Program-made: the position numbers and the translations under genes
Part shown: piece by piece, positions 40,048-50,329 of the stretch
How positions within the stretch are numbered: the first letter of the stretch is position 1
Layout of the letters: the number at the start of each line of letters is the position of its first letter
Assembly (NCBI GenBank): GCA_965237955.1
Contig: OZ250169.1
Location: 6,528,001 to 6,592,000 of the forward strand
DNA: 64,000 nucleotides
From: Candidatus Marinacidobacterales bacterium
Lineage (GTDB): Bacteria; Acidobacteriota; Vicinamibacteria; Marinacidobacterales; SMYC01
Direction of reading: 5' to 3'
Notes under the pieces: generated by a model
Told to the model about the DNA's origin: nothing
The model's database searches: none
Seen by the model: the letters and a program-made list of their open reading frames with translations, nothing else

Positions 40048-41793
40048 ATGGCTACAACTCCACGACGCCCGATAGCACCGTCATCTGAATCCGCGTCCAT
40101 CCCCAACTTGGTGCGGATCCTGACCGGCCAGAACCTCCTGAGCGCCGAAGAGCGGGAGCAAGTCGAGCGCTACATGAAAGTCCAGCAGCTCTCGGAGGAG
40201 TCGGCGCTCCGCCATCTCGGCAAGCTCAGCGAGGACGAGATCACGGAAGCCGTCGCCAAGGAGGCAGAGCTTCCTTACCTCAAGATCAACCCGTTGGATC
40301 TCGATCTGGACGTGGTGACGGCGGCGCTTCCAGCGCCTTTCGCCCGGCGGCACACCATGTGCGCCGTGTCCAAGCATGGCAACACCGTGACCCTGGCCAT
40401 TGCGAACCCGTTCAACCGGGCACCGCTTCGGGACTTGCAGCAGTTTGGTGGAATGGAAGTGAAGCTCGTCGTCGCGTCTCGGACGGACATCGAGAGCGTC
40501 AACAAGGGGTTTTACGACCTCAAGACGTCCCTGAAAGCGGCGGAATCACAGCTCACCGAAGGTCGGGTGACGGCCATCGACATCACCAACCAGGAGTTCT
40601 TGTCGGGCCCATCCGTAGAGATGGACCCGACGATGCAGCCGGTGATCACGGCGCTCGACAACATGCTCGCGCATGCGTTCGATCAGCGTGCATCGGATAT
40701 CCACATGGAGCCCAAGCGGAACATCGCCCTCGTCCGGCTTCGTATCGACGGCATACTCCACGACGTGCACGTCATCCCGAAGATCGTGTATCAGGCGGTC
40801 GTGAGTCGCGTGAAGATGCTCAGTGGGCTCAACATCGCCGAGAAGAGGCGACCTCAAGACGGTCGCATCAAGAGGAACGAGGGCAACAAAGAGGTCGAGA
40901 TCCGCGTTTCGACGATGCCGACGGTTTTCGGCGAAAAAGCAGTGCTCCGAATCTTCGACCCCGACATCTTGTTGAAATCGGTTCCCGAGCTCGGGTTCTC
41001 AGAGACCGACCTCCCGCGCTTTATGCCGTTTCTCGAGCATCGCGAAGGCATCATCCTCGTCACCGGTCCCACCGGCAGCGGCAAGACGACGACCCTCTAC
41101 TCGGTGCTGAAATATATGTCCAAGCCGGAGGTCAACATCGTCACCATCGAGGATCCGATCGAGCTGGTCTACGACGATTTCAACCAGGTGCAAATCCGAC
41201 CCGAGCTCGACGTCACCTTCGCGAACGCGATCAGAACCGTGCTGCGCCAGGATCCCGACATCGTGATGGTGGGTGAGATCCGTGACAGCGAGACCGCGGA
41301 TATGGCGATTCAAGCGGCGCTCACCGGTCACCTCGTGTTCTCGACGCTCCACACGAACGACGCGCCGTCGGCGATCACGAGACTGCTGGATCTGGGCGCC
41401 CCACCATTTCTCATTACGTCCACGCTGATCGGAGTGCTCGCGCAACGCCTCGTCCGCACCCTTTGCCCGAAGTGTGTCGAGGACGTCGAGCCTACCGAGG
41501 ACGACGCTCTCGGTCTCAACGCGCCGTTCGAGAAGATCCGCGACCTGACGTTCCGGCTGGGACAAGGTTGCATCCATTGCCGCCAGACCGGCTATCACGG
41601 CAGGAGCGGCATCTACGAAATCATGCCCGCGTCCCGAAAGATCCGAAAGCTGATCATTTCGAAGACGGCGTCACCGGAGATCGTCAGGACCGCAAGAGAC
41701 GAAGGCATGCGAACGTTGAGAGAAACCGCCATCCAGAAACTGGTCAAAGGCGACACCACTGTTTCGGAAGTCATCCGCGTTACTGGACGGTAG
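40048..41793 (+). CDS. GspE/PilB-family secretion ATPase
   Basis: ASDIH, EKRRPQDG, GPTGSGKTTT, LRQDPD, GHLVFSTLHTND, Cys motifs. Confidence 0.93.
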   Translation: MATTPRRPIAPSSESASIPNLVRILTGQNLLSAEEREQVERYMKVQQLSEESALRHLGKLSEDEITEAVAKEAELPYLKINPLDLDLDVVTAALPAPFARRHTMCAVSKHGNTVTLAIANPFNRAPLRDLQQFGGMEVKLVVASRTDIESVNKGFYDLKTSLKAAESQLTEGRVTAIDITNQEFLSGPSVEMDPTMQPVITALDNMLAHAFDQRASDIHMEPKRNIALVRLRIDGILHDVHVIPKIVYQAVVSRVKMLSGLNIAEKRRPQDGRIKRNEGNKEVEIRVSTMPTVFGEKAVLRIFDPDILLKSVPELGFSETDLPRFMPFLEHREGIILVTGPTGSGKTTTLYSVLKYMSKPEVNIVTIEDPIELVYDDFNQVQIRPELDVTFANAIRTVLRQDPDIVMVGEIRDSETADMAIQAALTGHLVFSTLHTNDAPSAITRLLDLGAPPFLITSTLIGVLAQRLVRTLCPKCVEDVEPTEDDALGLNAPFEKIRDLTFRLGQGCIHCRQTGYHGRSGIYEIMPASRKIRKLIISKTASPEIVRTARDEGMRTLRETAIQKLVKGDTTVSEVIRVTGR

Positions 41794-41839
41794 GTGCGGG
41801 CGGCACAACGATTCGGCCATCAGCTCGCCGCCCTGGCAA

Positions 41840-42379
41840 TCACCGTTCGTCGAAGTGGACGGCAGCAAAACGCAAAATGACGGTTTCCGGGTCCTTCCAG
41901 CTTTCCGGCTTCAAACCGGCTTTGATGCACGTCTCAGCGAGAAAGCGCTCGCGATCCCAATTCCGCTCGGTGGCGACCTGAGGCAACAAGAGGCCTCGCG
42001 CGCCGTCTCGTTCGATGACGAGGCCATGGCGGCCGATTTCGATCTCCCCGACTTCGTCGACCGGGACTGGTTCCGCCAACACCGAAATGCTGATTCGGAT
42101 CCGCGATAGCTCATCCGCTTCGACGCCATGGAACCTCGGGTCGTCGGTCGCGGCAGCGACAACGGCGCGCGCGGTTCTCTTCTGCAGATCGATATTGGGA
42201 AGGACGTAGCCAATACATCCTCGTAGCTCACCGTCGCGTTTCAACGTCGCGAACACACCTCCAACACCGTTCGGTGATCGGACCGCTGTCGACGGCGCTT
42301 CCGTTGCAACCCCGAAGTGGGTTTCGAGCGCGTGGCGGGCCAGGCGCAACAGCTCTCGTCCCTCCTGTTCGGTTAGCAT
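41840..42379 (-). CDS. amrA: AmmeMemoRadiSam system protein A (AMMECR1)
   Basis: GVFATL...LRGCIG, DPRF, GLLLPQVA. Confidence 0.9.
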   Translation of the reverse strand: MLTEQEGRELLRLARHALETHFGVATEAPSTAVRSPNGVGGVFATLKRDGELRGCIGYVLPNIDLQKRTARAVVAAATDDPRFHGVEADELSRIRISISVLAEPVPVDEVGEIEIGRHGLVIERDGARGLLLPQVATERNWDRERFLAETCIKAGLKPESWKDPETVILRFAAVHFDER

Positions 42380-42381
42380 CG

Positions 42382-43215
42382 CTACGAGACCCTGTTATGA
42401 AACGCTGCCGACACGTAGCCGACGACACCGTCGGTATCGCCGGTGACATCACCGGAGTCGCCGTAAGCGAGGACGTTCGCATCACTCGCACCCAGGGCCC
42501 GGGCCGCGGTTAGCACCGCGACCATCGGCCCACCACCACACGCGTGATGGGGATTCGTCAATAGCAGTTGCTCGAGACCAAAAACGTCGAACTGCTCGAG
42601 GCAACGTACGACCATCCCATCCAGCCGACTCGCCTCGGCGCGCGATTCGTAGTGCGACAGGTCGGAGCTCGCAATCATGAGCACGGTGCGACGCGACTCC
42701 GCGATCACTTGTTGGAGTGCGCGGGCGGCAGCCGCGATCGTGGCGGGCGTTTGGTATCCCATCAGTACGGGTGCCACGGGAACGCTCGGAAGAAACCGCT
42801 GCAGGAGGGGTAGCTGCACCTCCAGGCTGTGCTCGAGCTCGTGAGGCGCCCTCGCCGCGCGGACGTTCGGATCCGCCTCGGCCAGTGCCGACGCAAGCTC
42901 TTCATCGATGCGAACCGTTCCGAGCGGGGTTTCGATGGCGCCGTCCGGGATCACGGCAAGACCAACGCCCCCGCGGTGGCATGGCCCGAGCAACAGGACG
43001 GCGTCGAAGCGCGCACCCTCCAAGAGGCGATACCCTGCCGCCGCTATGCGGCCGGAGTAGATGAGCCCGGCATGCGGTGAGACCAAAGCGATGAGCTTAC
43101 CGGGGATATCGGCGCGCGGTGCGTCGTTCACCAAACGATCGACCAGCGCCCTGAGCTCGTGCGGGTCGCCCGGATACCATGTTCCGGCGATTTGTGATTT
43201 GCGTGCTTCGGTCAT
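42382..43215 (-). CDS. amrB: AmmeMemoRadiSam system protein B (MEMO1)
   Basis: AGTWYP, PHAGLIYSG, EHSLEVQLP, SSDLSHY, ACGGG. Confidence 0.9.
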   Translation of the reverse strand: MTEARKSQIAGTWYPGDPHELRALVDRLVNDAPRADIPGKLIALVSPHAGLIYSGRIAAAGYRLLEGARFDAVLLLGPCHRGGVGLAVIPDGAIETPLGTVRIDEELASALAEADPNVRAARAPHELEHSLEVQLPLLQRFLPSVPVAPVLMGYQTPATIAAAARALQQVIAESRRTVLMIASSDLSHYESRAEASRLDGMVVRCLEQFDVFGLEQLLLTNPHHACGGGPMVAVLTAARALGASDANVLAYGDSGDVTGDTDGVVGYVSAAFHNRVS

Positions 43216-43808
43216 TTAACCCGTTGGATGAGAGCATAGGTGCCGAGCCCGACGCCGAGCACGAGCAGCGTGCCTATTAGAACGCCGGTCGCATTCTCGC
43301 GTAAGTAAGTGATTGCGATCTCACCGTAGCGGACGGCCAGGAATGCTTCGCCGAAGTAGCGAAAGCTGCGGCCCAACAGGATCGCCACCAGAAACCTCGA
43401 GTACGGAAGACCCAGCACACCGGACGACAGAACGAAAATCTTGAACGGAAACGGAGGCGGCAAGATGGCGGGAACGGCGACGGCCAACGCACCGTAGCGG
43501 CGGAACAACTTGAAGACCGAATCGATCTTGCCGTCAGAGAACTTGTTCTTGAGAAAGCTGTAACCCTTCCAGCGCGCGAGCCAGTACAGAAGGCTAGCGC
43601 CCAACGCGGAGCCGAGCACCGTCATGAAAGCGTAGTAGTACGCTTTGTCGGAGAATTGGGTGCCGCAATAGATCAACAAAACATCGTTGATCTCGGGAAG
43701 CGACAGCAGGGACGAGTCGAAAAACGCTACGATAAACAGACCGAAGCCCGCGGCAACGCTCCCCAGACCACGTACCGTGTGCTCGAGATATTCGGCGATG
43801 CTGCCCAT
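43212..43808 (-). CDS. YqaA/VTT-domain (DedA-like) membrane protein
   Basis: AFFDSS..SLPE..D, PPPFPFKIF, GRSFRY. Confidence 0.82.
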   Translation of the reverse strand: MGSIAEYLEHTVRGLGSVAAGFGLFIVAFFDSSLLSLPEINDVLLIYCGTQFSDKAYYYAFMTVLGSALGASLLYWLARWKGYSFLKNKFSDGKIDSVFKLFRRYGALAVAVPAILPPPFPFKIFVLSSGVLGLPYSRFLVAILLGRSFRYFGEAFLAVRYGEIAITYLRENATGVLIGTLLVLGVGLGTYALIQRVK

Positions 43809-43833
43809 TCCGACACCGCCGGCATTATAGGCG

Positions 43834-45438
43834 CTACTCGAGTCGGACGGAAATCCAGAGAAAACTGGACGCTTGCCCGCGGGCAACGCGCTCGATACGA
43901 AGGAGCAAATCGCCACCCTCGGCGACGTCGGTAATGAGGCGCTGCAAATCCTCAGTGTTCTTAACGGGCTCACGGTTGGCCTCGATGATGATGTCGCCAC
44001 GTCTGAGGCCCGCATCTTCAGCGGGACCGGTCGGATCGACCGCCATGAGCACGACGCCGGAGCTCGACGTCGCTCCGAGCTCACTCGCCATCTCGCGCGT
44101 CAGGTTCTGTCCGCTGATGCCGAGACGTCCCGGCTCCTCGGGACTCGACTCCTCGCTAGCGCGAATATCAGTGTCGATGGTGCGAAGCGCCATGGCGACC
44201 TCGCCCGTACGCAGCTCGCCTTCGCGGAAGTACTTCACCGGAACGCTCTGACCGGGGCGCACGTCGGCGACGAGGTGCACCAAGTGTTTGTTCGACTCGA
44301 CAGGCACGCCGTTGAACTCGACAATGATATCGCCGGCTTGAAGCCCGGCCTTCGCTGCCGGCGAGTCGTCTCCCAGCAGTTCCGAGACGAGAGCACCCTT
44401 CGTTCCTTCGAGACCGAAGCTTCGAGCAAGCTCGGGCGTCAAGTTCTGGATGCTCACGCCGAGCCAGCCGCGCGTGACCTTACCGTCGGAGACGAGTTGG
44501 TCGTATACCCTCTTTGTCATGTCGGACGGGATGGCAAAGCCGATACCCATGCTGCCACCCGAGTTCGAGATGATGTTGGAGTTGATACCGATGACTTCGG
44601 CTCTCATGTTCACGAGAGGTCCACCGGAGTTTCCAGGGTTGATCGCCGCGTCGGTCTGGATGAAATCGTCGTAATAGCCCTGGCCGATAAGACGGCCTTT
44701 GGCGCTGATAATGCCGGCGGTCACGGTGTGCCCGAAACCGAATGGATTCCCCATCGCAAGCACCCACTCGCCGACGACAACGTCTTTCGAGCTACCGAAA
44801 CCGACGTAGGAGAAGGTCGTGTCCGAGTCCGAGTCCGCGCGGATGCGTAGCACGGCGAGATCGGTCGCCGGATCGGTCCCTACGACTTCGGCAGGAAAGC
44901 GCCGTTCGTCGGAGAATTGCACTTCGATCTCTTCGGCGTTCTCGATCACGTGGTTGTTGGTAACGATATAGCCGCGGGGATCGACGATGACACCCGAGCC
45001 CAAGCTGCGGCGTCTTCGCTGCGGCTGATCACGGAAGAACCGCTCGAAGAACTCGTCGAAGGGGCTTCCCGACGGAGGCTGGCTGAGCGTCGTCTCGGAT
45101 CCTCCCTCAGTAAAGATGTTGACGACGGCGGGCTCGAGCTCCTCGGCGACTCGAGCAAAGGCCTTGGAGAGAGCAGTAACGCCGGGAAGCTCGTCCGCGT
45201 CGACGTGGTTTTCGGGCGGCGTAAGCCTCGACGCGGCTTGCACCGGTGCCGGTTGATCACGTCCATCACGTTCCGTCTGTGTCGGCGCCGATGCCGCCGG
45301 AACCACTTTGGCTTCCGTGGCGTGGGGCCCCACCGCAACCACAAGCGCGATGAGCATACCCGTCAGGCCCAAGGCCAGCGCGACAACACGCCCGGCACCC
45401 AAACTTCGGCGGCGTGTTTCATGAGACTCGGTCGTCAT
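43834..45438 (-). CDS. DegP/DegQ-family serine protease (two PDZ domains)
   Basis: TNNHV, DLAVL, QTDAAINPGNSGGPL. Confidence 0.93.
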   Translation of the reverse strand: MTTESHETRRRSLGAGRVVALALGLTGMLIALVVAVGPHATEAKVVPAASAPTQTERDGRDQPAPVQAASRLTPPENHVDADELPGVTALSKAFARVAEELEPAVVNIFTEGGSETTLSQPPSGSPFDEFFERFFRDQPQRRRRSLGSGVIVDPRGYIVTNNHVIENAEEIEVQFSDERRFPAEVVGTDPATDLAVLRIRADSDSDTTFSYVGFGSSKDVVVGEWVLAMGNPFGFGHTVTAGIISAKGRLIGQGYYDDFIQTDAAINPGNSGGPLVNMRAEVIGINSNIISNSGGSMGIGFAIPSDMTKRVYDQLVSDGKVTRGWLGVSIQNLTPELARSFGLEGTKGALVSELLGDDSPAAKAGLQAGDIIVEFNGVPVESNKHLVHLVADVRPGQSVPVKYFREGELRTGEVAMALRTIDTDIRASEESSPEEPGRLGISGQNLTREMASELGATSSSGVVLMAVDPTGPAEDAGLRRGDIIIEANREPVKNTEDLQRLITDVAEGGDLLLRIERVARGQASSFLWISVRLE

Positions 45439-45514
45439 TTACATCTCCAATTGATTAGGCCAATTAGGTCAAGACCCATCCGTTTCACCCATTATAGCAA
45501 TAGCGTCGCAGAGG

Positions 45515-45935
45515 TCAGAACCGAAGGTTGACGCCGACGCTCATTTGGTTCGCGGTCATGTCGAAACGGCCGAAGCCTCGGAAATCGCCCCCGTGGGTTC
45601 CGCGCGCCTAGTGACGACGGTACTCGGCGAACACATACGCGAGCTCGCTCAGCCCGACCTCGGCGCCACCGCCGAGATAGCCTCCGTACGCGACCCCGCG
45701 ATCGATGAACAGATCGCCCCCGATGTCGAATGTGTCGAAATCGACGAACTCCCCATCCTCCCGGTACTCGTACAGGTAGAATCCCGCACCGCCGGTGACG
45801 TAGGGGAAGACGCGGCGAAGCTTCCCGATTGGCAAGACCTGAACTCCAGCCGTGACAGGCGTCGTCCGGACCGTCAGGTCCTGCAAGATTTCGCTACCGT
45901 CTTCGAAAACGAAACCGCGGTAGTTGCCAGCGGTT
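45515..45935 (-). pseudogene. outer-membrane beta-barrel protein remnant
   Basis: PYVTGGAG...GGGAEV...FAEYRRH*ARG...SVGVNLRF; internal TAG, N-terminus missing. Confidence 0.65.
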
Positions 45936-46093
45936 TTGGAGTTTTCGAGGAGAGAACGTCCTGGAAAAGGGACAGTTTTGTTGATGGGAAGGGCGGTTCA
46001 GCCTACCGCGGTTTCGCCATCGGCCGTCCGCTATCCGCCATAGGCTCGATGCTACCCGAGCGGGTCACCGCGAGCCTCGATCGACTGAGTCCA

Positions 46094-46116
46094 GCTGATG
46101 GCCGACGGCTGACGGC
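46094..46116. repeat. heptamer tandem repeat (GCYGAYG)
   Basis: 3 units just past the suhB stop. Confidence 0.5.
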
Positions 46117-46130
46117 GGCATGCTTCGCAT

Positions 46131-46895
46131 TCACGAAAGAATGCGAAGCATGCCATCGTGAATGCGCCCGTTCGAAGCGACAATCCCCTTCTGCTGGTAG
46201 TGAAACGGCCCCCCGCTCAGATCCGTCACCTGCCCACCCGCCTCCTGAACGATGAGCGCACCGGCCGCGGTATCCCACGGTCCGAGCTTTTCTTCCCAGA
46301 ACCCGTCTAAGCGCCCACAAGCGACGTAGCACAAGTCCAATGCAGCCGAACCGTCTCGCCGGATCGCGCGCGCCGTGCCCATGAAACGCTTGAAGAGACG
46401 AAGATTGCCCTCGAGGTCATCGTTGAGGTCGTAGGGAAACCCGGTGACGAGAAGTGCCTGTGGGAGCATTTCCACAATGGACACCTCGAGCTTCGTGCCG
46501 TTGAGAAATGCGCCGCGCCCGCTCTCCCCGGTGAAGAGCTCCTCGTGGATGGGATCGTAGACGACGCCGGCACGCACGCGGCTGTTTTCTTCGTATCCGA
46601 TGGACACGGCAAACATCGGATACGAATGTGCGAAGTTCGTGGTGCCGTCGAGTGGATCGACAACGAAGCGCCGCGCTTCGTCGCGGTCGCTCACCCCGCT
46701 CTCCTCGGCGAGGATGGAGACGCCAGGCATGCGCGATCTCAGAATCGAGAGCACTTCGGCTTCGGATTCTGTATCGGCTTGAGTGACGAGGTCGAGCTCG
46801 CCCTTGAACGCGATGCGAAACTCACCGCCGTAGTAGGACTTCAGGATCGACCCGCCGGCGAGTGCGGCTTCGATGGCAACGGAGAGAGCTTTCAT
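46131..46895 (-). CDS. suhB: inositol monophosphatase family protein
   Basis: LVTQAD, DPLDGTTNFAH, GSAALDLC, WDTAAG. Confidence 0.9.
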   Translation of the reverse strand: MKALSVAIEAALAGGSILKSYYGGEFRIAFKGELDLVTQADTESEAEVLSILRSRMPGVSILAEESGVSDRDEARRFVVDPLDGTTNFAHSYPMFAVSIGYEENSRVRAGVVYDPIHEELFTGESGRGAFLNGTKLEVSIVEMLPQALLVTGFPYDLNDDLEGNLRLFKRFMGTARAIRRDGSAALDLCYVACGRLDGFWEEKLGPWDTAAGALIVQEAGGQVTDLSGGPFHYQQKGIVASNGRIHDGMLRILS

Positions 46896-46929
46896 TCAAG
46901 GCATTCAAGGGCGGGTTTACGCGTCATCT

Positions 46930-47382
46930 TCATTCTGAGTCGTCAGGGCCGTCGCCATCCGCCTCGAGTCGTTTGACCATGGTGACGCGCGTACCCCGGT
47001 TCGGCTCGAAGTCGTACGTGACCTCGTCCATGAAGTTCTTCATGAAGAAGATGCCCCGGCCGCTCGCGCGAAGCAGGTTCTCCTCGGCCAGCGGATCGGG
47101 AATGTCCCCCGGGTCGAAACCCTCGCCCTCATCTTCGACCGAGACACTGAGCGCGTGCTCGTCGACTTCGAAGCGAATGATGACTCGCTTCTCCGAATCG
47201 AGCTTGTTGCCGTGACGAACCGCGTTCGTCACCGACTCACGGATGGCGACGCTCATCCAATGCGACACGTCCGCATCGAAGCCGAGCTGCGAAGAAAGCG
47301 ACGCGAACACGACTTGCACCAAGTCGACCATCTCGAAACTACTCTGGATGTCGATTTCGACGCAGTTGCTCTTCGTCGCCAA
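46930..47382 (-). CDS. anti-sigma factor/Ser kinase (RsbW-like, HATPase_c_2)
   Basis: ESVTNAVRHGN, DEGEGFDP, GRGIFFMKNFMDEV; TTG start with SD. Confidence 0.88.
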   Translation of the reverse strand: MATKSNCVEIDIQSSFEMVDLVQVVFASLSSQLGFDADVSHWMSVAIRESVTNAVRHGNKLDSEKRVIIRFEVDEHALSVSVEDEGEGFDPGDIPDPLAEENLLRASGRGIFFMKNFMDEVTYDFEPNRGTRVTMVKRLEADGDGPDDSE

Positions 47383-47473
47383 GATTCCTCCGGCCGCGTA
47401 CGCTACAAGATTCGCGCACTTGTGACAAGCGCTCGCTCGCCCGGCTTCGAGCTCACATGCTACCATTTTAGCA

Positions 47474-48751
47474 ATGACACCCCACCTCAGGGTTCGTTTG
47501 CGGGGACGAATGACCCCGCCGGGAGACAAGTCTGTCGGACACCGGCTGGCATTGATGGGCGCGATCGCAAGCGGTCGCACTCGCATCAATGGATTTCCCC
47601 CGGGCCAAGACTGCAGGCGATCGATTTCGCTCGTCGAGGCGCTTGGCGTCGACGCCAGAATCGACGGGACCACTTTGACTATAGAAGGCGTCGATGCAAA
47701 CGGATTGAAATGCCCGGTCGCCAATCTCGACGCCGGGAACTCGGGCACCACCGCACGGTTGGCGTGCGGCCTTCTCGCGCCGCAACCGTTCGCGAGCCGT
47801 CTCGTCGGAGACGAAAGCCTGTCCCAACGCCCGTTCGACCGCGTGGTGACACCCCTGGCGGAAATGGGAGCCTTGCTCGAAACGACTGGGGGAAAACTAC
47901 CGGTCACGATCCGGGGAGGGCAGGAGCTTCACGGGATCGACTACCAGCTCCCGGTTCCCAGCGCGCAAGTCAAGACCGCGGTCCTTCTCGCCGGTCTCTA
48001 CGCCAGCGGAACGACACGTGTTCGAGAGACGCTCCCCTCCCGCAACCACACCGAGATCGCGCTCGGCGGTTTCGGAGTCGAGCTCGAAGAAGAGGGCGGT
48101 TCGGTGGCGGTGTCCGGCGGGAGCCGTTTGACCGCGGGTCATTTCCGAATTCCAGGTGATTTTTCTTCAGCGGCGTTTTTCATCGCGGCCGCAGCGTGCA
48201 TGCCCGGATCGGATCTCGTCGTCGAGAACGTCAGCTTGAACGAAACTCGCACCGCGCTTCTCGACGTGCTCGCCGACATGGGGGCCGCGATCGAAGTGGA
48301 GCCGGACGCGAGCGCGCCGGACCGAGAGCCCGTCGGCACCATCCGTGTGCGCGGTCGGACCCTTCGCGGCACGACGGTGTCGCCGGAACGACTCCCCGCC
48401 ATGATCGACGAGGTTCCTATTCTCGCCGTGGCGGCGACCCAGGCGGAAGGCTCGACGACAGTCGATGGAGCGTCCGAGCTTCGGGTGAAAGAAAGCGACC
48501 GTCTCGCCGCCATCGTCGGAGGACTACGCGCTCTCGGCGCGGACGTCGAAGAGCGCGAGAGCGGTCTCACCGTCCACGGAGGCCAGAAGCTCGGTCCGGC
48601 GTCACTCCGCAGCTTTGGAGACCACCGCATGGTCATGGCCTGGGCAATTGCCTCGCTACTCGTCGACGGAGACTGTACAATTGATCATCTGGACCAGGTG
48701 AAGATCTCGTATCCCGGGTTTGGGGAGACTCTCGACCGGCTCGTCAAATAA
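47474..48751 (+). CDS. aroA: 3-phosphoshikimate 1-carboxyvinyltransferase
   Basis: PGDKS..HR, GNSGTT, SAQVK, ELRVKESDR, DHRM. Confidence 0.95.
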   Translation: MTPHLRVRLRGRMTPPGDKSVGHRLALMGAIASGRTRINGFPPGQDCRRSISLVEALGVDARIDGTTLTIEGVDANGLKCPVANLDAGNSGTTARLACGLLAPQPFASRLVGDESLSQRPFDRVVTPLAEMGALLETTGGKLPVTIRGGQELHGIDYQLPVPSAQVKTAVLLAGLYASGTTRVRETLPSRNHTEIALGGFGVELEEEGGSVAVSGGSRLTAGHFRIPGDFSSAAFFIAAAACMPGSDLVVENVSLNETRTALLDVLADMGAAIEVEPDASAPDREPVGTIRVRGRTLRGTTVSPERLPAMIDEVPILAVAATQAEGSTTVDGASELRVKESDRLAAIVGGLRALGADVEERESGLTVHGGQKLGPASLRSFGDHRMVMAWAIASLLVDGDCTIDHLDQVKISYPGFGETLDRLVK

Positions 48752-48767
48752 CGGGGAATAACTGGCG

Positions 48768-49277
48768 ATGCAGTGGTTTTTCCTCGTTGGGTTCATGGGA
48801 GCGGGGAAGACGACGCTGGGCTCGCAGGTCGCCGAGAGATTGACGCTTCCCTTCTTCGACTTGGACGCGCGCATCGAGCTCGACGCTGGAATCAGTATTC
48901 GGGAGATTTTCGAGACCGAAGGGGAACGAGGCTTTCGCGAACGTGAAACGACCATGCTAAGGAAACTCATCGCAACCGGGCCCGCCGGGGTCATCGCGAC
49001 CGGCGGCGGGGCGTTCACCCTCGAGGAAAATCGCGATATCATGAACGAAGCTGGAGTTTCGGTATGGCTCGACGTCCCCATCGACGAGATCGTCACCCGA
49101 ATAGGTGGCGCCGAGCGTCCGCTCTGGAAAAGCGAAGCGGACGTCCGCGCTCTTGCGGAACGAAGAAAAAAAGATTACCGTTTGGCCAACCATCACCTCG
49201 AGCTCAAAACGGGCTCGACGGACGACGGCGCGGCGCATCTTTATGAGCTTCTAGCTCCTAATCGCGGCGACTCGTGA
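48768..49277 (+). CDS. aroK: shikimate kinase
   Basis: GFMGAGKTT, GERGFRERE, ATGGG. Confidence 0.93.
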   Translation: MQWFFLVGFMGAGKTTLGSQVAERLTLPFFDLDARIELDAGISIREIFETEGERGFRERETTMLRKLIATGPAGVIATGGGAFTLEENRDIMNEAGVSVWLDVPIDEIVTRIGGAERPLWKSEADVRALAERRKKDYRLANHHLELKTGSTDDGAAHLYELLAPNRGDS

Positions 49278-49440
49278 AGTATCTGGTTTCTAGTTCTAAG
49301 CGACATTCACTCCAATCTGGAACAAGAAGTGGGCGATGACGATCTACCGCGTAGCCTACCGCTACGACAAGACCGCGGACAAAATCCGCGCCGCCGGACT
49401 TCCGGCCCCGCTCGCGGACCGCCTGGCCCTCGGAAGATAA
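49274..49440 (+). pseudogene. metallophosphoesterase remnant (internal deletion)
   Basis: Start VKYLV..LSDIHSNLE joined to end IYRVAY...AGLPAPLADRLALGR*. Confidence 0.7.
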
Positions 49441-49571
49441 CTCGCCTTTTTTCTCTGTTAGAATCCTAACAAGAGGCGGGCCAAAAACTAACGAAGCCCT
49501 CGGTGCTGGCGGGCGGGGGCCAACACCCAGGGCTTCTTGAGGCGGGCAGTTCTTTTTATTGTGGGGGAAAT

Positions 49572-49943
49572 CTATTCATTGACAGCGCGATTGATCGCTC
49601 TTCGCAGGCCGTGTTCGCCTTCGCCACGTCCCTCCTCAGAGGGCGTGGTTCCGAACCGCAGGACGAAGCGACCTCCCGTCGACAGCGAGAGGTTGTCAAT
49701 GAGCTTGCGTGTCAAATCCTGCCACCGCCAGCTTCGCTTCCTTCCCAGGAGGCCCCGGATAGCTTTCCGGAGCTCCTGATCGGCGGCAGAGTACGTGACT
49801 TCGCCTTCGGCGGCACGAATGCCGATATGGAAGCGAATCTTGCCTACGCGCTCCGATCCACGGTAAATGCCAATTCCGAATTCCTGCTTGTCGAGCAATG
49901 CCATCGTCGCCATTTCGCTGACTCCTTCGTTAGGGCCCGGCAT
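49572..49943 (-). CDS. hypothetical protein
   Basis: 123-aa ORF with plausible composition; no motif recognised. Confidence 0.4.
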   Translation of the reverse strand: MPGPNEGVSEMATMALLDKQEFGIGIYRGSERVGKIRFHIGIRAAEGEVTYSAADQELRKAIRGLLGRKRSWRWQDLTRKLIDNLSLSTGGRFVLRFGTTPSEEGRGEGEHGLRRAINRAVNE

Positions 49944-49985
49944 TTTCAGGTCCCGTCAGAGTTTGTTACGTGTGTTAGTGCCTCA

Positions 49986-50118
49986 CTAGTCCACTGGATT
50001 TTTGATTACTATACAAAGTTAGGATTTTCGCTAGCCCATAATATTCATAAGATTCATGCACTTAGAATGGTTTCGGCAAGCTCTGCTTTATCTAGTTTGT
50101 TCTGATACAGTGGACTAG
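49986..50118 (-). mobile_element. IS630-derived MITE, copy 2 (129 bp)
   Basis: Reverse-oriented homolog of 3050-3173; CTAG at both ends; 9 bp longer through a tandem duplication. Confidence 0.9.
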
Positions 50119-50329
50119 TGCGCAAGATCTGTGCCCAAGAACTCGTTTCGCTCGACTACAGAATAGGGGGGTGTGATCCGGCGAACCACTAGGTGTGGTA
50201 GTAGTTATGCCGCTCTAGAGTGACAACATTGAAAAGCGAATCGCTAATTTTTATGCAATTGTAGGAATTTCCCTACTGCCAGCTGGGGGTATCTCCCCTC
50301 TTGCGCTGTAAGCTCCTTACGCCACTCCA

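Noticed and set aside
45608-45610. In-frame TAG as pyrrolysine or recoding
   Set aside because: The gene also lacks its N-terminus, TAG is used as a normal stop elsewhere in the window, and a TGG-to-TAG nonsense change is simpler.
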